Source: an uncultured virus (IMG/VR IMGVR_UViG_3300007956_000001) (taxonomy: Duplodnaviria; Heunggongvirae; Uroviricota; Caudoviricetes). From it: 64,000 bases of DNA. The stretch covers positions 1 through 64,000 of the IMG/VR virus record IMGVR_UViG_3300007956_000001; one strand, given 5' to 3'. A program made the translations under genes and the position numbers. This document shows positions 19,401 through 28,312 of this stretch, piece by piece. How positions within the stretch are numbered: position 1 is the first letter of the stretch; each line of letters starts with the position of its first letter. A model generated the notes under the pieces. The model was not told the DNA's origin and searched no databases. It saw only the letters and a program-made list of their open reading frames with translations.

Positions 19401-20169
19401 TGGAAATTTTGTTGTTAATTCAAATAAAAGTCAAGTTTTAATTAAAACTTTAAGAAATAATTCTGAAGAAGATAAAGTTATTCGATTAACACTGAATAAT
19501 GGAAGGAGTTCAATTCAGGTTCCATTAATTAATAAAAGAGAACCTGTAGTTCCTGGTGCTACTTATAAATTGTCTAGTAATAAACCTAGAGTTAGTGAAG
19601 GGGAATCATTTGTTGTTACATTGTCTACGAAAAACATAAATGATGGTGAAAAAGTTGGATATACTATCAGTGGTGTAACTCCAGATGATTTGGCTTCAGG
19701 TACTAAATTACAAGGAGAGTTTATTGTACAATCCAACATAAGTACACTACAAATTCAAACAATTGAAGATAACTTCCCAAATGAAAATAATATTTTATCT
19801 TTATCGTTGAATAACGGAAAAGGTTTAGTCAATATTCCATTAATTGATAGACCAGTAGGTGTTGGAACTACCAGTGTTGGTATAATTACCTCTGTCGTTC
19901 CAGTAACTCCAGGTATTGGATATACTTCTGGTGATAGAGTTGTGATAGGTCCATGTTCATATATTCCATTACTTGCACCTAATGGTTCTATAATTGGAGT
20001 AACTTCTCTTACTTGTAATTCTAGATTTTCAGAATATCCTACTATAGAAATAATTACCAATACTGGTGATGGTGCATCTATATACCCAATCCTTAAATAT
20101 ACTCCACTATATACAAAGGTCAGAACAATCAACCAAGTTGGTGTTGTTTCTTACGTCGATTGTGTGTAA
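16468..20169 (+). CDS. gp5: Baseplate hub/spike gp5-like protein with four Ig-like repeats and Pro-rich linkers
   Basis: FVWWIG, RCKVRVIGYH, DLPWA, FGFFIDGEEAQQPVV OB-fold motifs. Confidence 0.85.
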   Translation: MIEGSLLKSNFIGKDGFVWWIGQIAPASVWRTEMTDPDTTTVENPLGTAWAYRCKVRVIGYHPFDREVLPDIDLPWAHVMTTGTDGAAQGGVGQTLRLTGGETAFGFFIDGEEAQQPVVVGCIHRNESVGSFPLESIKDELKPFSASRGKLVQGPTQQKALSTVIQGSADTSPSPLPKAGSSATPGKIPSPQSEPTTPGGDTTTVPGADKLTREDKASAKHAAILSTVTIVRENGCNDNLIGKISSILNEFIGFISVIQEFQGSYIDPIANTFVDITQSIKGFASRIAGVVKFIVNNMRGAIINLVTSLFRDFIAKILPLPQHPPVAEATKNIINIIFCLFENLLPKLLQFIENLLTNMVGRVINAPLCAAEEFTAGILGKMMEFLDDILEPVMSGLDWLLGGLSQISSVLSQVSSVAQQILNFIGCDQLKCEPASTWSPLTGPLRNYKDSWARTLSKLDLLKGVNESIDEAMGFTSLFGYTGNSPFKSCSKESINPSRQDSITPLPPGIKAAICIPPEIRIYGDGIQASAVPIVADNGSILTVEVLNAGKGYKKAPRAVIIDNTNHGTGAELGVNIENGSISGIYVINAGSGFCKGDYTNLVSPSTYLVTANKYTVFEGDTVQFTINTTNIPDGTKLEYEISGDINLSDVNLKKLNKKIKINNNTASLTIKVEQDSEPEAVETMFFNLFDKDGTLVANTLVFVNDLATPLLVPEPTDPSESPPGVAPPPPGGGNTGPTPPTPVPPTPGPTPPPTPPTPGPTPPTPVPPPIFPPQPPEPTPPVNATYALSASETSIDEGDSVTFTLTTTNVPSNTSVGYSLSGISGGDVVGGNTTGVFTIGNNGQATVTIETALDSLNEVFEVMKMTLNNGRAFASVSITDTSPTPPGPPTPPGPTPQPPGPTPTPQPPGPPTPPGPTPGPDPDTGVRYKLVSDKPTVLKGENVLITLSTTNLDDGQRVSYTISGVTSDDLFAGSSLTGNFVVNSNKSQVLIKTLRNNSEEDKVIRLTLNNGRSSIQVPLINKREPVVPGATYKLSSNKPRVSEGESFVVTLSTKNINDGEKVGYTISGVTPDDLASGTKLQGEFIVQSNISTLQIQTIEDNFPNENNILSLSLNNGKGLVNIPLIDRPVGVGTTSVGIITSVVPVTPGIGYTSGDRVVIGPCSYIPLLAPNGSIIGVTSLTCNSRFSEYPTIEIITNTGDGASIYPILKYTPLYTKVRTINQVGVVSYVDCV
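18600..19240 (+). repeat. Two Pro/Thr/Gly-rich low-complexity tracts (PTPPGPTP-type) flanking an Ig-like domain
   Basis: cctactcc/cctggacc units at about 18630-18815 and 19115-19235. Confidence 0.85.
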
Positions 20170-20198
20170 TAAATAAAGAAAACCAGTTTGTGGATTAA

Positions 20199-20756
20199 AT
20201 GGCAGAACAGGAAAAGGAATGGTGGCAACAAGGTTTTGGATACAGAGTTCAAGCTGGAACGATAATTGGTGGGAAGAAATGTTCTTATTCTGTCATTACT
20301 GATGAGTCTGCTGGATTTACTTATTATCGAGATGGTGATAAATCAGATATCACCTTAAGGACTTCGACAGAAGTATGTGGATTAGATTGCCAAGAAAAGG
20401 AACCAGCAAAGTCAATAATTGCAAAAAATGGTGATATTGTTCTTGAAGCACCAAATGGTCAAATCACCCTTAAGGCAAAAAATATTCGCATAATGGCTCA
20501 AGACGGTTCTGGAGAGCTAACACTTCAAGCAGGAAAAATCGTTGAAATGGATGCTCCTGCAAGTAGGGTAAAAGGAACAAATATTGATATTGCTGCAACT
20601 AATTCTACGTCATTACTAGGTAACTACGTAGAATCAGCAGCAGGTGTTCAGCAGTCTAGTGCTTCTTTGGTTGATGTATTCCAAGGTTCATTTATTGGAC
20701 AAATTCTGAATAGTTTAGGAAATCTCAAAAAATTCTTGAAAATTATAGGTGGTTAA
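20199..20756 (+). CDS. Putative gp5 C-terminal beta-helix (spike) protein
   Basis: GDIVLEAPNGQITLKAKNIRI...GELTLQAGK short beta-strand repeats; directly after gp5; ATAAATA at 20169-20175. Confidence 0.5.
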   Translation: MAEQEKEWWQQGFGYRVQAGTIIGGKKCSYSVITDESAGFTYYRDGDKSDITLRTSTEVCGLDCQEKEPAKSIIAKNGDIVLEAPNGQITLKAKNIRIMAQDGSGELTLQAGKIVEMDAPASRVKGTNIDIAATNSTSLLGNYVESAAGVQQSSASLVDVFQGSFIGQILNSLGNLKKFLKIIGG

Positions 20757-20758
20757 TT

Positions 20759-21652
20759 ATGCCTGCCCTTTCTTCAATTTCTACAGTAGGGGATAAACTT
20801 GTTGTAGGACAAGTTGATACTTCATTCTTAACTGGTACTGGTAGAGTTAGTCCTGGAACAGCAGTTTTAAATGGACCAGTTTACTGTGGTGCAACACTGC
20901 AAGTTGGTCTTGCTAGAGCAACAGTAATGATTGGACCACCTCTCCCTGGTCTATCAGTTCCCGCATCATTGGAAGTAACTGGAATTACAAACATCGTCGG
21001 AACATTAAATGTATTTGCAATTAGTACATTTACTGGATTAACAACAAAGTTGGGGACCACAATTAAGAATGCATTGAGTTTGAAAAATGGTGTTGACTTA
21101 AAAAATGCTATTAATATTGGCAATGGAACATCTGTTGATAATGCAGGTGCATTTGTTGCAGGTAAATTAACTGTTGGAGGAATTGCATCGGCTGCTGACT
21201 TTCTTTCTTCTGCTGCTTCATTAAATGCAACCTTTAAGGTTGCAACGAAGGCGTTTACGATTGCAGTTTCTAAAAAACCATTTGATATTTTACATCCCAC
21301 TAAAAAAGATCATAGATTACGTTACGTCTGTCTTGAAGGACCAGCAGCAGAGGTTTATTTTAGGGGAAGACTAACAAATAATAATAAAATAGAAATACCA
21401 GATTATTGGAAGGGATTGGTTGATATGGAAACTCTAGGAGTTCAATTGACTCCGATTAAAATGCATCAGGAATTATACTTTGACAGGATAGAGTGGGGTC
21501 AAACTATAATTATAAAAAACAATACTGGTTCAAAGATTGATTGTTACTACACAATAACTGCTGAAAGAAAAGATGTTGCTAAAAATATTCCAGAATACAA
21601 GGGGTTGACAGCAGAAGATTATCCAGGAGATAATAGTGAATATAAGTTATGA
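20759..21652 (+). CDS. Tail-associated protein with conserved C-terminal domain
   Basis: KPFDILHP...RLRYVCLEGP..EVYFRG...PDYW..LVD...VQLTP domain recalled from fibre C-termini. Confidence 0.5.
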   Translation: MPALSSISTVGDKLVVGQVDTSFLTGTGRVSPGTAVLNGPVYCGATLQVGLARATVMIGPPLPGLSVPASLEVTGITNIVGTLNVFAISTFTGLTTKLGTTIKNALSLKNGVDLKNAINIGNGTSVDNAGAFVAGKLTVGGIASAADFLSSAASLNATFKVATKAFTIAVSKKPFDILHPTKKDHRLRYVCLEGPAAEVYFRGRLTNNNKIEIPDYWKGLVDMETLGVQLTPIKMHQELYFDRIEWGQTIIIKNNTGSKIDCYYTITAERKDVAKNIPEYKGLTAEDYPGDNSEYKL

Positions 21653-21658
21653 TATAAT

Positions 21659-22342
21659 ATGAGCAAAACGCATGAGGTTTTTCCCTTAGCAGTTCATCAG
21701 ACTGAAATAAAATGTCATTCTGAATTCAAGGAAAAACATTTTGAAAGTTTGAAACAATATTGGTTTAATGGATATGAATACGAATCTCCAGAAGCATCTT
21801 CTAGAATCTTTGTACATCTAAAAGAAGAATATTCTGAGTTCTTTGTTTCACTAAAAGAAGCATTAAATGAATATCTAGAAGTTCTTGGAATTAATTATAA
21901 TTTGATGGATTATCATATTGTAAAATCTTGGGTAGTATATCATCGTGATGATACTACTCCCTCATTAGCATTTCATAAACATAACGAAGCAAATATAAGT
22001 TTTGTATATTACTTAAATACTGACGACAGTTCCGATAAATTCGTTGTAAGTAGAATGCCAGATGATAATCATAACCAAGTATGTCAGGGATGGTTTGATG
22101 TTGCGGATAAACATAATGTTATGACTGGTTTTAATAAATTTAATTGCAACCATTATACCATAACCCCACATGAGGGAACAGTGTTATTGATGCCAACAGG
22201 AACTTATCATCATACAAAAAAGACAATTCCAAGAGTAAATGAAAGATGTGCAATTGCTGGTGATTTAAGAGTCACACTTAAACCAGAATATTATAAGCAT
22301 CACCAAGGATGCACTCACCCATCTCAATGGAAGCAGTTATAA
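21659..22342 (+). CDS. 2OG-Fe(II) oxygenase-like protein
   Basis: KSW...HKH...ISFVYY...EGTVLLMP...HH...R pattern. Confidence 0.75.
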   Translation: MSKTHEVFPLAVHQTEIKCHSEFKEKHFESLKQYWFNGYEYESPEASSRIFVHLKEEYSEFFVSLKEALNEYLEVLGINYNLMDYHIVKSWVVYHRDDTTPSLAFHKHNEANISFVYYLNTDDSSDKFVVSRMPDDNHNQVCQGWFDVADKHNVMTGFNKFNCNHYTITPHEGTVLLMPTGTYHHTKKTIPRVNERCAIAGDLRVTLKPEYYKHHQGCTHPSQWKQL

Positions 22343-22385
22343 GAAATAAATACCATTATAAAAAGATTTTTTAGAAAATAATATT

Positions 22386-24107
22386 ATGTCTGTAGTTCAA
22401 CGTATTATTGAGAGATTAGAAGAGGAGTTAGAAAGTAAAGAAAAACAAAAAGTGGGGGTACTAGATCAATTAACTTTAATCGATGTTCAAATTGATGAAG
22501 TTTATGATGTCGTAGTCAATATGGACAGAGATGGAGCTCATAATGTAGAAAGGATTAATGATGCCGTAAATAAAGTTAAAAAGGCATATACTGATAGATT
22601 TAATGCTGGTTGTAGAACTAATTTGATATGGGAACTGGTGGATTCCTACACTGTAACTAACTACGGTCAAGGTGGAGTACAAAGTTCAGAGAGTTTTCAA
22701 GTTTATGAAGTTGTAATAAATGGTGGTCCAGATGGATGCAATGGAGATGATGGTGTACATGGACATACTAATTATCATGGAATAAAGTATTGGCAAAGAC
22801 CAATGGATAGAGATTATGGTTCAGAATTAATAAGTGATTTTATTGGATTCATAAATTCTGGTGATTTGGCAGTAGGAATGGACTTAGGTCAATTTGGTGA
22901 TGAAACCCCAAATGCTCCAGGAGAAATTAAAGTTGGAAATATTATTACTGATGACTTAAGTAATCCTCAAGTTTTTCAACCTGGAAATTTACCAGAAATT
23001 GTAAGCATTGGAACAACACAAGTAATAGGAATTAGTACTTCAATTATTGGTGGTATTACGACAGGTAGTAATACCTTTTACCATTTTGGGGGAGGTGATA
23101 GTAGCAATTTAACTACTGGAATGATTTTGTTAGAACCAATTGGTTCTGGTGCCACTGCTGGATTTGGTGAATATTTGTCTGCTGATGGATATACTGCTAT
23201 CACTGGTTTTGGCACAGACAACTATGAACTATACTATTACAATTCAGATGGTGTTTTAAGTGTTTCAACAATTACTGTACCGACACTAACAATAGATAAA
23301 CCTGCTATTAATGCTTTCCAAGAAGGTGCTTTTAGGGTAGGTGTTATTACAGAAACAGTTGGTTTTTATCTTTCAACTGTTTCAAGTGGTTTTGCGACAA
23401 GTGAAAGATTTTATGTAATTGATGTTGAAAATGATGATGATCGTATAGGAAATTTTAATCCTATTGGAAATCCATATGTCCCCGAAAGAATTGAAGCAAT
23501 TAAAGGACGAGGTGATGGAAATCTAGGTGCAGGGCATAGTGTTGAATATACAGATAACGGATGTCAATCCTCTGCGTCATGGAATCCATTTACTGCATCT
23601 GAAGAAATAAGAATTAGTCGTCCAGGTGATGACTTTATAATTGATGCCGTTGAAGAACCTAGAGTTGGTGCTGGAAGAGCAGATTATTGGATTGGCAATC
23701 AACAATGGCCAACAGTAACATCTAATACTTATGGTCAGTTTAGCCAAGTTATCCCTGGTTCTGCAGTATATGCATCACTCGGAACAAAAGTAACCATTGG
23801 GGGAACACAAAGTACAGCAACATATGGATATACTTCATCACCACCAGGTGGAGGATCTGGATGTAGTGGTTATGACAATGATATTGATGATGCTTTGGAT
23901 GATTTATCTAATGCTATCTCTGAATATAAACAACCAACACTAAGGATAATTGACGAGTCTAAAGCATTAAAAGAAGAAAAGGATAGACTTCAATTATTTG
24001 CTTGGTCTTTACTTCAAGCAGCAGCATCTATTAGGGATGATATCAAAGATATTAAAGAGAGATTAAGTACTTTAAAAAATAGTGATTATTCTGAATATGA
24101 AAACTGA
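22386..24107 (+). CDS. Virion structural protein with coiled-coil termini
   Basis: ATAAATA at 22346-22352; G/S/T-rich beta core; structural cluster. Confidence 0.55.
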   Translation: MSVVQRIIERLEEELESKEKQKVGVLDQLTLIDVQIDEVYDVVVNMDRDGAHNVERINDAVNKVKKAYTDRFNAGCRTNLIWELVDSYTVTNYGQGGVQSSESFQVYEVVINGGPDGCNGDDGVHGHTNYHGIKYWQRPMDRDYGSELISDFIGFINSGDLAVGMDLGQFGDETPNAPGEIKVGNIITDDLSNPQVFQPGNLPEIVSIGTTQVIGISTSIIGGITTGSNTFYHFGGGDSSNLTTGMILLEPIGSGATAGFGEYLSADGYTAITGFGTDNYELYYYNSDGVLSVSTITVPTLTIDKPAINAFQEGAFRVGVITETVGFYLSTVSSGFATSERFYVIDVENDDDRIGNFNPIGNPYVPERIEAIKGRGDGNLGAGHSVEYTDNGCQSSASWNPFTASEEIRISRPGDDFIIDAVEEPRVGAGRADYWIGNQQWPTVTSNTYGQFSQVIPGSAVYASLGTKVTIGGTQSTATYGYTSSPPGGGSGCSGYDNDIDDALDDLSNAISEYKQPTLRIIDESKALKEEKDRLQLFAWSLLQAAASIRDDIKDIKERLSTLKNSDYSEYEN

Positions 24108-24157
24108 TTCTTGTTGGGAACCTATATATTATATGGAAAAAAGTAATCAGACATCTA

Positions 24158-27100
24158 ATGGCAGATAGATATCCATTAATAGCAAATTCACAATCTGGTC
24201 AGATACAGGAAATACAACCTGGTGATAATTTAAATCTGACAGATAATGGAATTGTTGGAGCAACTACGGTTACGGCAAATCAATTTAAAGGTGATTTAGT
24301 TGGTACTGCTACGACTGCAACAATACTAGCAAGTGCAAGTAATATTGTTTCAGGAACAGTTCCTGCAGATAGACTGTCGGGTTTCTATAATGTTTCTGTT
24401 GCATCTGCTAATGCACTAACAAATGCAGATGAAATAACTGGAGGAACTGTTCCTAGAGGAAGACTTGATGGAACGTATGATGCCAATATCACTGGTATTG
24501 CAGAGACTGCAAATTCTTTAAGTGATGCTTCTAGAATTACTGATGGTATTATCCCATCAGAAAGATTAACTGGTGCTTATGATATTGATATTACTGGAAC
24601 TGCATTTGCATCTGTTGGTGCTGCGGTTTCAATCAGTGCTCAAAATAATCCAGATGATGTCGATGTACAATATTTAACTTTTGTTAAGTTTACAGATACA
24701 GATACAAGTGTCTTTACAGATTCACTTGAACTGACTTATATTCCTGATACTATTAGTTTTGGTATAGGTACAGCATCACCCCAATGGAATTTACATGTTG
24801 AAGGAAATGCTTATATTTCTGGTAACTTGGGGATTAGTTCTATAACAGTTGGTGATATTACACCAACATTGATTAGTAACTTAGGAGGTATTGATAGTAA
24901 TACAAGAGATACATTACTATCATCTTTGGATATTTCAAATTTAAATGCACTTAATGTAAGTGGATTTTCTACATTTTCAGACGTATATTCTTCTGGTCAA
25001 GCAGATTTCACTAATGTAGCAGTTGCTGGAACTGCTATTTTTAATACTGTTATTTTCCAAGACAGTGCTGGTTCAATTATTGCTCCAAGTATTGAAACTG
25101 AATTTTTAAATGTAACTGGATTTGGAACATTTGCATCAATTGGAGTTGGTTCAGAGACAGTTATTGGTGTCGGTACAACTGGTGTTGCGGAATTAAGAAA
25201 TATTGGTGGTATTGATGAGTTCACCAAAGATGCATTACAAGAAGCATTAGGAATTGATTTCTTTGAAAACTTAGAGACAAATGGTATTGGCACATTAGTC
25301 GGTAGAGTAGACGTTACTAATGGTATTAACGTTTCTGCTGGTTCTACCGTTCAAGACTTAAGAGTTGCAGGTGTTGCTACATTCTCGAATATTGACTTTT
25401 CTGCTCTTGAGGGTGCAACTTTTAATGACCTGAATGTGACTGGTGTTGTAACAGCAGCACAATTTGTTGGTGGTGGTGAATTCTTAAGTGGTATTGTTAC
25501 AACAATTGTTGCTGGTATTGGTATTACCCTAAGTCCATCTAACGGAAAGGGGCAGGTAACTATTTCGGCATTTAAACCAGTTGGAAAAACAATTTATGTT
25601 TCGCAAGGTGGTGATGATGCAAACTCTGGTTTGAGTGAAAGTGATACTAAGAGAACAGTAAAATCAGCATCATTGATTGCAGAAGAAGGTGATACTATTA
25701 AAGTATTCCCTGGAATTTATGTAGAAGATAATCCAATTATTTTAGGACGTAATGTTGCTGTAGAAGGTGCAGAATTACGTAACTGTATAATTAGTCCACA
25801 AAATCCTGCCAACGATTTATTCTATGTAAATAATGCTTGTCATATTACAGATTTAAGTTTCCAAGGACAAGAAGCACAAGATGGTGCTGCTGTTATTGCA
25901 TTCCAACCATTACTAGGAGTTGCTGGTAATGCATTTTTTGATGGGGCAAGATTGATTCGCAATAACATTGATTTTATTGCACATGAAACTGTAGGATATT
26001 TAACTAGCACAGATTATCAAGACCCACCATTCCAAGTTCTTGATGCACAGGGAAATCCAGATGATTCTCAAAATTGCAGAGACGATGTAAAGGATGTTCT
26101 GAAGGCAGTAATGCATGATATCACTAGAGGAGGAAACTCTAAGTGTGTTGGTGCTGGATTGAGTTATTATAGTGGTGATGCACTTCAGCATATTGTTGGA
26201 GTTAAGACAGAAACTATGGATGCATTAACATATGCAGCAAGTGTATGTCGTTCCATTGTTAATAATTCACATTGGGCAGGAAAAACCGATGGTGCTGCAA
26301 CCCCAGTTATCCAAGCATATTATGATGGTGGAACTGGAATAACAACGATTACTTCTGTTGGTCATGGATTGCAAACTGGTGATATTGTAACCCTAAGTGG
26401 TTTAGGATTTACTTGCTCAACTGGAGTTGGAACTTATTACTATCCAAGTGGAAATTATGGATATACATTTGAAGTCTTAGGTGTAGGAAATACAAATCAA
26501 TTTGAAGTAAATACTGGACTTTCAACAATTCCACATACATATTCATCTGGTGGAGAAGTACAAAAACGAATTAATTATCAGTCAGAATATACTCAAGTTA
26601 GAGATTTATCAATTCAAGCAGATTCATCCACGGGGATGAACAATCATCCAAGTGGATGTACTAATGTGGTTTCGGCAATTTATTCTTGCATTGGTGGAAT
26701 CAATCTAATTATTGATAATGGTCCCTCAATTCTAGGTGTTGGTATCAATACCACATATCCTGGCAATAATGGTGCTGGAAGTAATAATCCAAATGATCCT
26801 TCATTCTCACCTGGGGTTGGTCCAATCACACAAGGTCCATATATTAGAAACTGCACAAACTTCATTCCAAAGAGTATTGGAATGAGGATTAACGGTTTTG
26901 ATGCAGAACTTGGTGATAAAGATGATATTGGTGTCACTGGTTCAATGTCAGTTGACTCTTATACTCAATACAATCAAGGTGGTATCGGAGTTTCTGTTAC
27001 TAATGGTGCATATGCTCAGTTAGTTTCTATCTTCACTATCTGTACCGACATTGCAATTTATACTGAGTCTGGTGGTCAATGCGATTTAACCAACTCCAAC

Positions 27101-27931
27101 TCATCATTTGGTACTTTTGGTCTTGTTTCTGAAGGTGTTGGTGGTCCATTATCTAAGTCAATATACAGATATACCGGTGAAGTAAATGCAGAAGCATCAA
27201 GAGGACAGAATGTTATTGAAATCTCTGGTGTAGGAACACAAAGACCATATGATGGTCAAGCACTTTACTTCGATACTTTATATGAAATTGTTGAGACTAT
27301 TGGAGTAACTGATGGTGGTTCTGGTTATGATGTTCCACCAAGAATAACGATTGATGCACCAACAGGTCCAAATGGCATTACCGCACAGGCAGTTGCAACT
27401 ATAGAGAATGGTTCTGTTATTGAAATTAATGTTGTTACCAATGGAACACAATATGTTGGAGCACCAAATATAACAATTGCTGGACCTACAGGTGCAGGAA
27501 CGACTGCAACTGCTTCCGCAACTGCTATGGAACCAATTTATTATACAATTCTTGAAGCAACAAAACCAGTTTCTGGTTTATCTACTGTATCCTTAGCACA
27601 GAACCTAAATAATACCGTAAGTGCTGGTAGTACAGCATTCTTGTCGAGATTGAGTTTACAACTTACTTCATCTCATGCTTTTGAATTTATTGGTGCTGGC
27701 AACGACATTAATGGAGCACGACCTGCACAAGGTGGTGTAACTATACAAGAAAATGAAGTCGTTCAAAATAATGGTGGTTCTGTTGTATTCACAAGCACAG
27801 ACCAAGCAGGTAATTTTAGAATCGGTGATGGAATTATTATTAATCAGTCAACTGGTTCTATTTCTGGTAGAGACTTCACTAAAGCACTATTCACAACGAT
27901 GACACCATTCATCCTAGCACTAACAGACTAA
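24158..27931 (+). CDS. Tail fibre or spike protein with pectin-lyase-like beta-helix
   Basis: IYVSQGGDDANSG, VFPGIY, GPYIRNCT, DLTNSNSSFG; N-terminal GTVP.RL.G.Y repeats. Confidence 0.7.
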   Translation: MADRYPLIANSQSGQIQEIQPGDNLNLTDNGIVGATTVTANQFKGDLVGTATTATILASASNIVSGTVPADRLSGFYNVSVASANALTNADEITGGTVPRGRLDGTYDANITGIAETANSLSDASRITDGIIPSERLTGAYDIDITGTAFASVGAAVSISAQNNPDDVDVQYLTFVKFTDTDTSVFTDSLELTYIPDTISFGIGTASPQWNLHVEGNAYISGNLGISSITVGDITPTLISNLGGIDSNTRDTLLSSLDISNLNALNVSGFSTFSDVYSSGQADFTNVAVAGTAIFNTVIFQDSAGSIIAPSIETEFLNVTGFGTFASIGVGSETVIGVGTTGVAELRNIGGIDEFTKDALQEALGIDFFENLETNGIGTLVGRVDVTNGINVSAGSTVQDLRVAGVATFSNIDFSALEGATFNDLNVTGVVTAAQFVGGGEFLSGIVTTIVAGIGITLSPSNGKGQVTISAFKPVGKTIYVSQGGDDANSGLSESDTKRTVKSASLIAEEGDTIKVFPGIYVEDNPIILGRNVAVEGAELRNCIISPQNPANDLFYVNNACHITDLSFQGQEAQDGAAVIAFQPLLGVAGNAFFDGARLIRNNIDFIAHETVGYLTSTDYQDPPFQVLDAQGNPDDSQNCRDDVKDVLKAVMHDITRGGNSKCVGAGLSYYSGDALQHIVGVKTETMDALTYAASVCRSIVNNSHWAGKTDGAATPVIQAYYDGGTGITTITSVGHGLQTGDIVTLSGLGFTCSTGVGTYYYPSGNYGYTFEVLGVGNTNQFEVNTGLSTIPHTYSSGGEVQKRINYQSEYTQVRDLSIQADSSTGMNNHPSGCTNVVSAIYSCIGGINLIIDNGPSILGVGINTTYPGNNGAGSNNPNDPSFSPGVGPITQGPYIRNCTNFIPKSIGMRINGFDAELGDKDDIGVTGSMSVDSYTQYNQGGIGVSVTNGAYAQLVSIFTICTDIAIYTESGGQCDLTNSNSSFGTFGLVSEGVGGPLSKSIYRYTGEVNAEASRGQNVIEISGVGTQRPYDGQALYFDTLYEIVETIGVTDGGSGYDVPPRITIDAPTGPNGITAQAVATIENGSVIEINVVTNGTQYVGAPNITIAGPTGAGTTATASATAMEPIYYTILEATKPVSGLSTVSLAQNLNNTVSAGSTAFLSRLSLQLTSSHAFEFIGAGNDINGARPAQGGVTIQENEVVQNNGGSVVFTSTDQAGNFRIGDGIIINQSTGSISGRDFTKALFTTMTPFILALTD

Positions 27932-27950
27932 TAGGAGTATTTAAAAGAAA

Positions 27951-28307
27951 ATGGCTATTGCAAACGCTGCGGTTAATAATTTTAGGACAGTTACTAAAGT
28001 AGCTGGTATTTCAACTGAAGTTGTATATGAAGCACCAGTTGGATTTGTTGGTGTTACTCTTTTAGCACAGGTTGCTAATATAGATTCAACACCACATACT
28101 TTCAGTTTTTACCATAATAGAAACGTTGCTGGAATTGGAACAGTAACTACAGAATTACTAAAAGACTTTACAATTCTGCCTAATGATACTGCTAACGTTC
28201 TTGCAGGTAAATTGGTATTAGAAACATCCGATACTATTTCTATTAGTGCAAGTACTGATGATAATTTAAAATTTGTAACTAGTATCCTAGAAACATTTAA
28301 TCAATAA
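27951..28307 (+). CDS. Small fibre-associated structural protein
   Basis: VYEAP...LAQVAN...GKLVLE.SD...SILE, a pattern recalled from genes between cyanophage fibres. Confidence 0.55.
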   Translation: MAIANAAVNNFRTVTKVAGISTEVVYEAPVGFVGVTLLAQVANIDSTPHTFSFYHNRNVAGIGTVTTELLKDFTILPNDTANVLAGKLVLETSDTISISASTDDNLKFVTSILETFNQ

Positions 28308-28312
28308 TTAAA

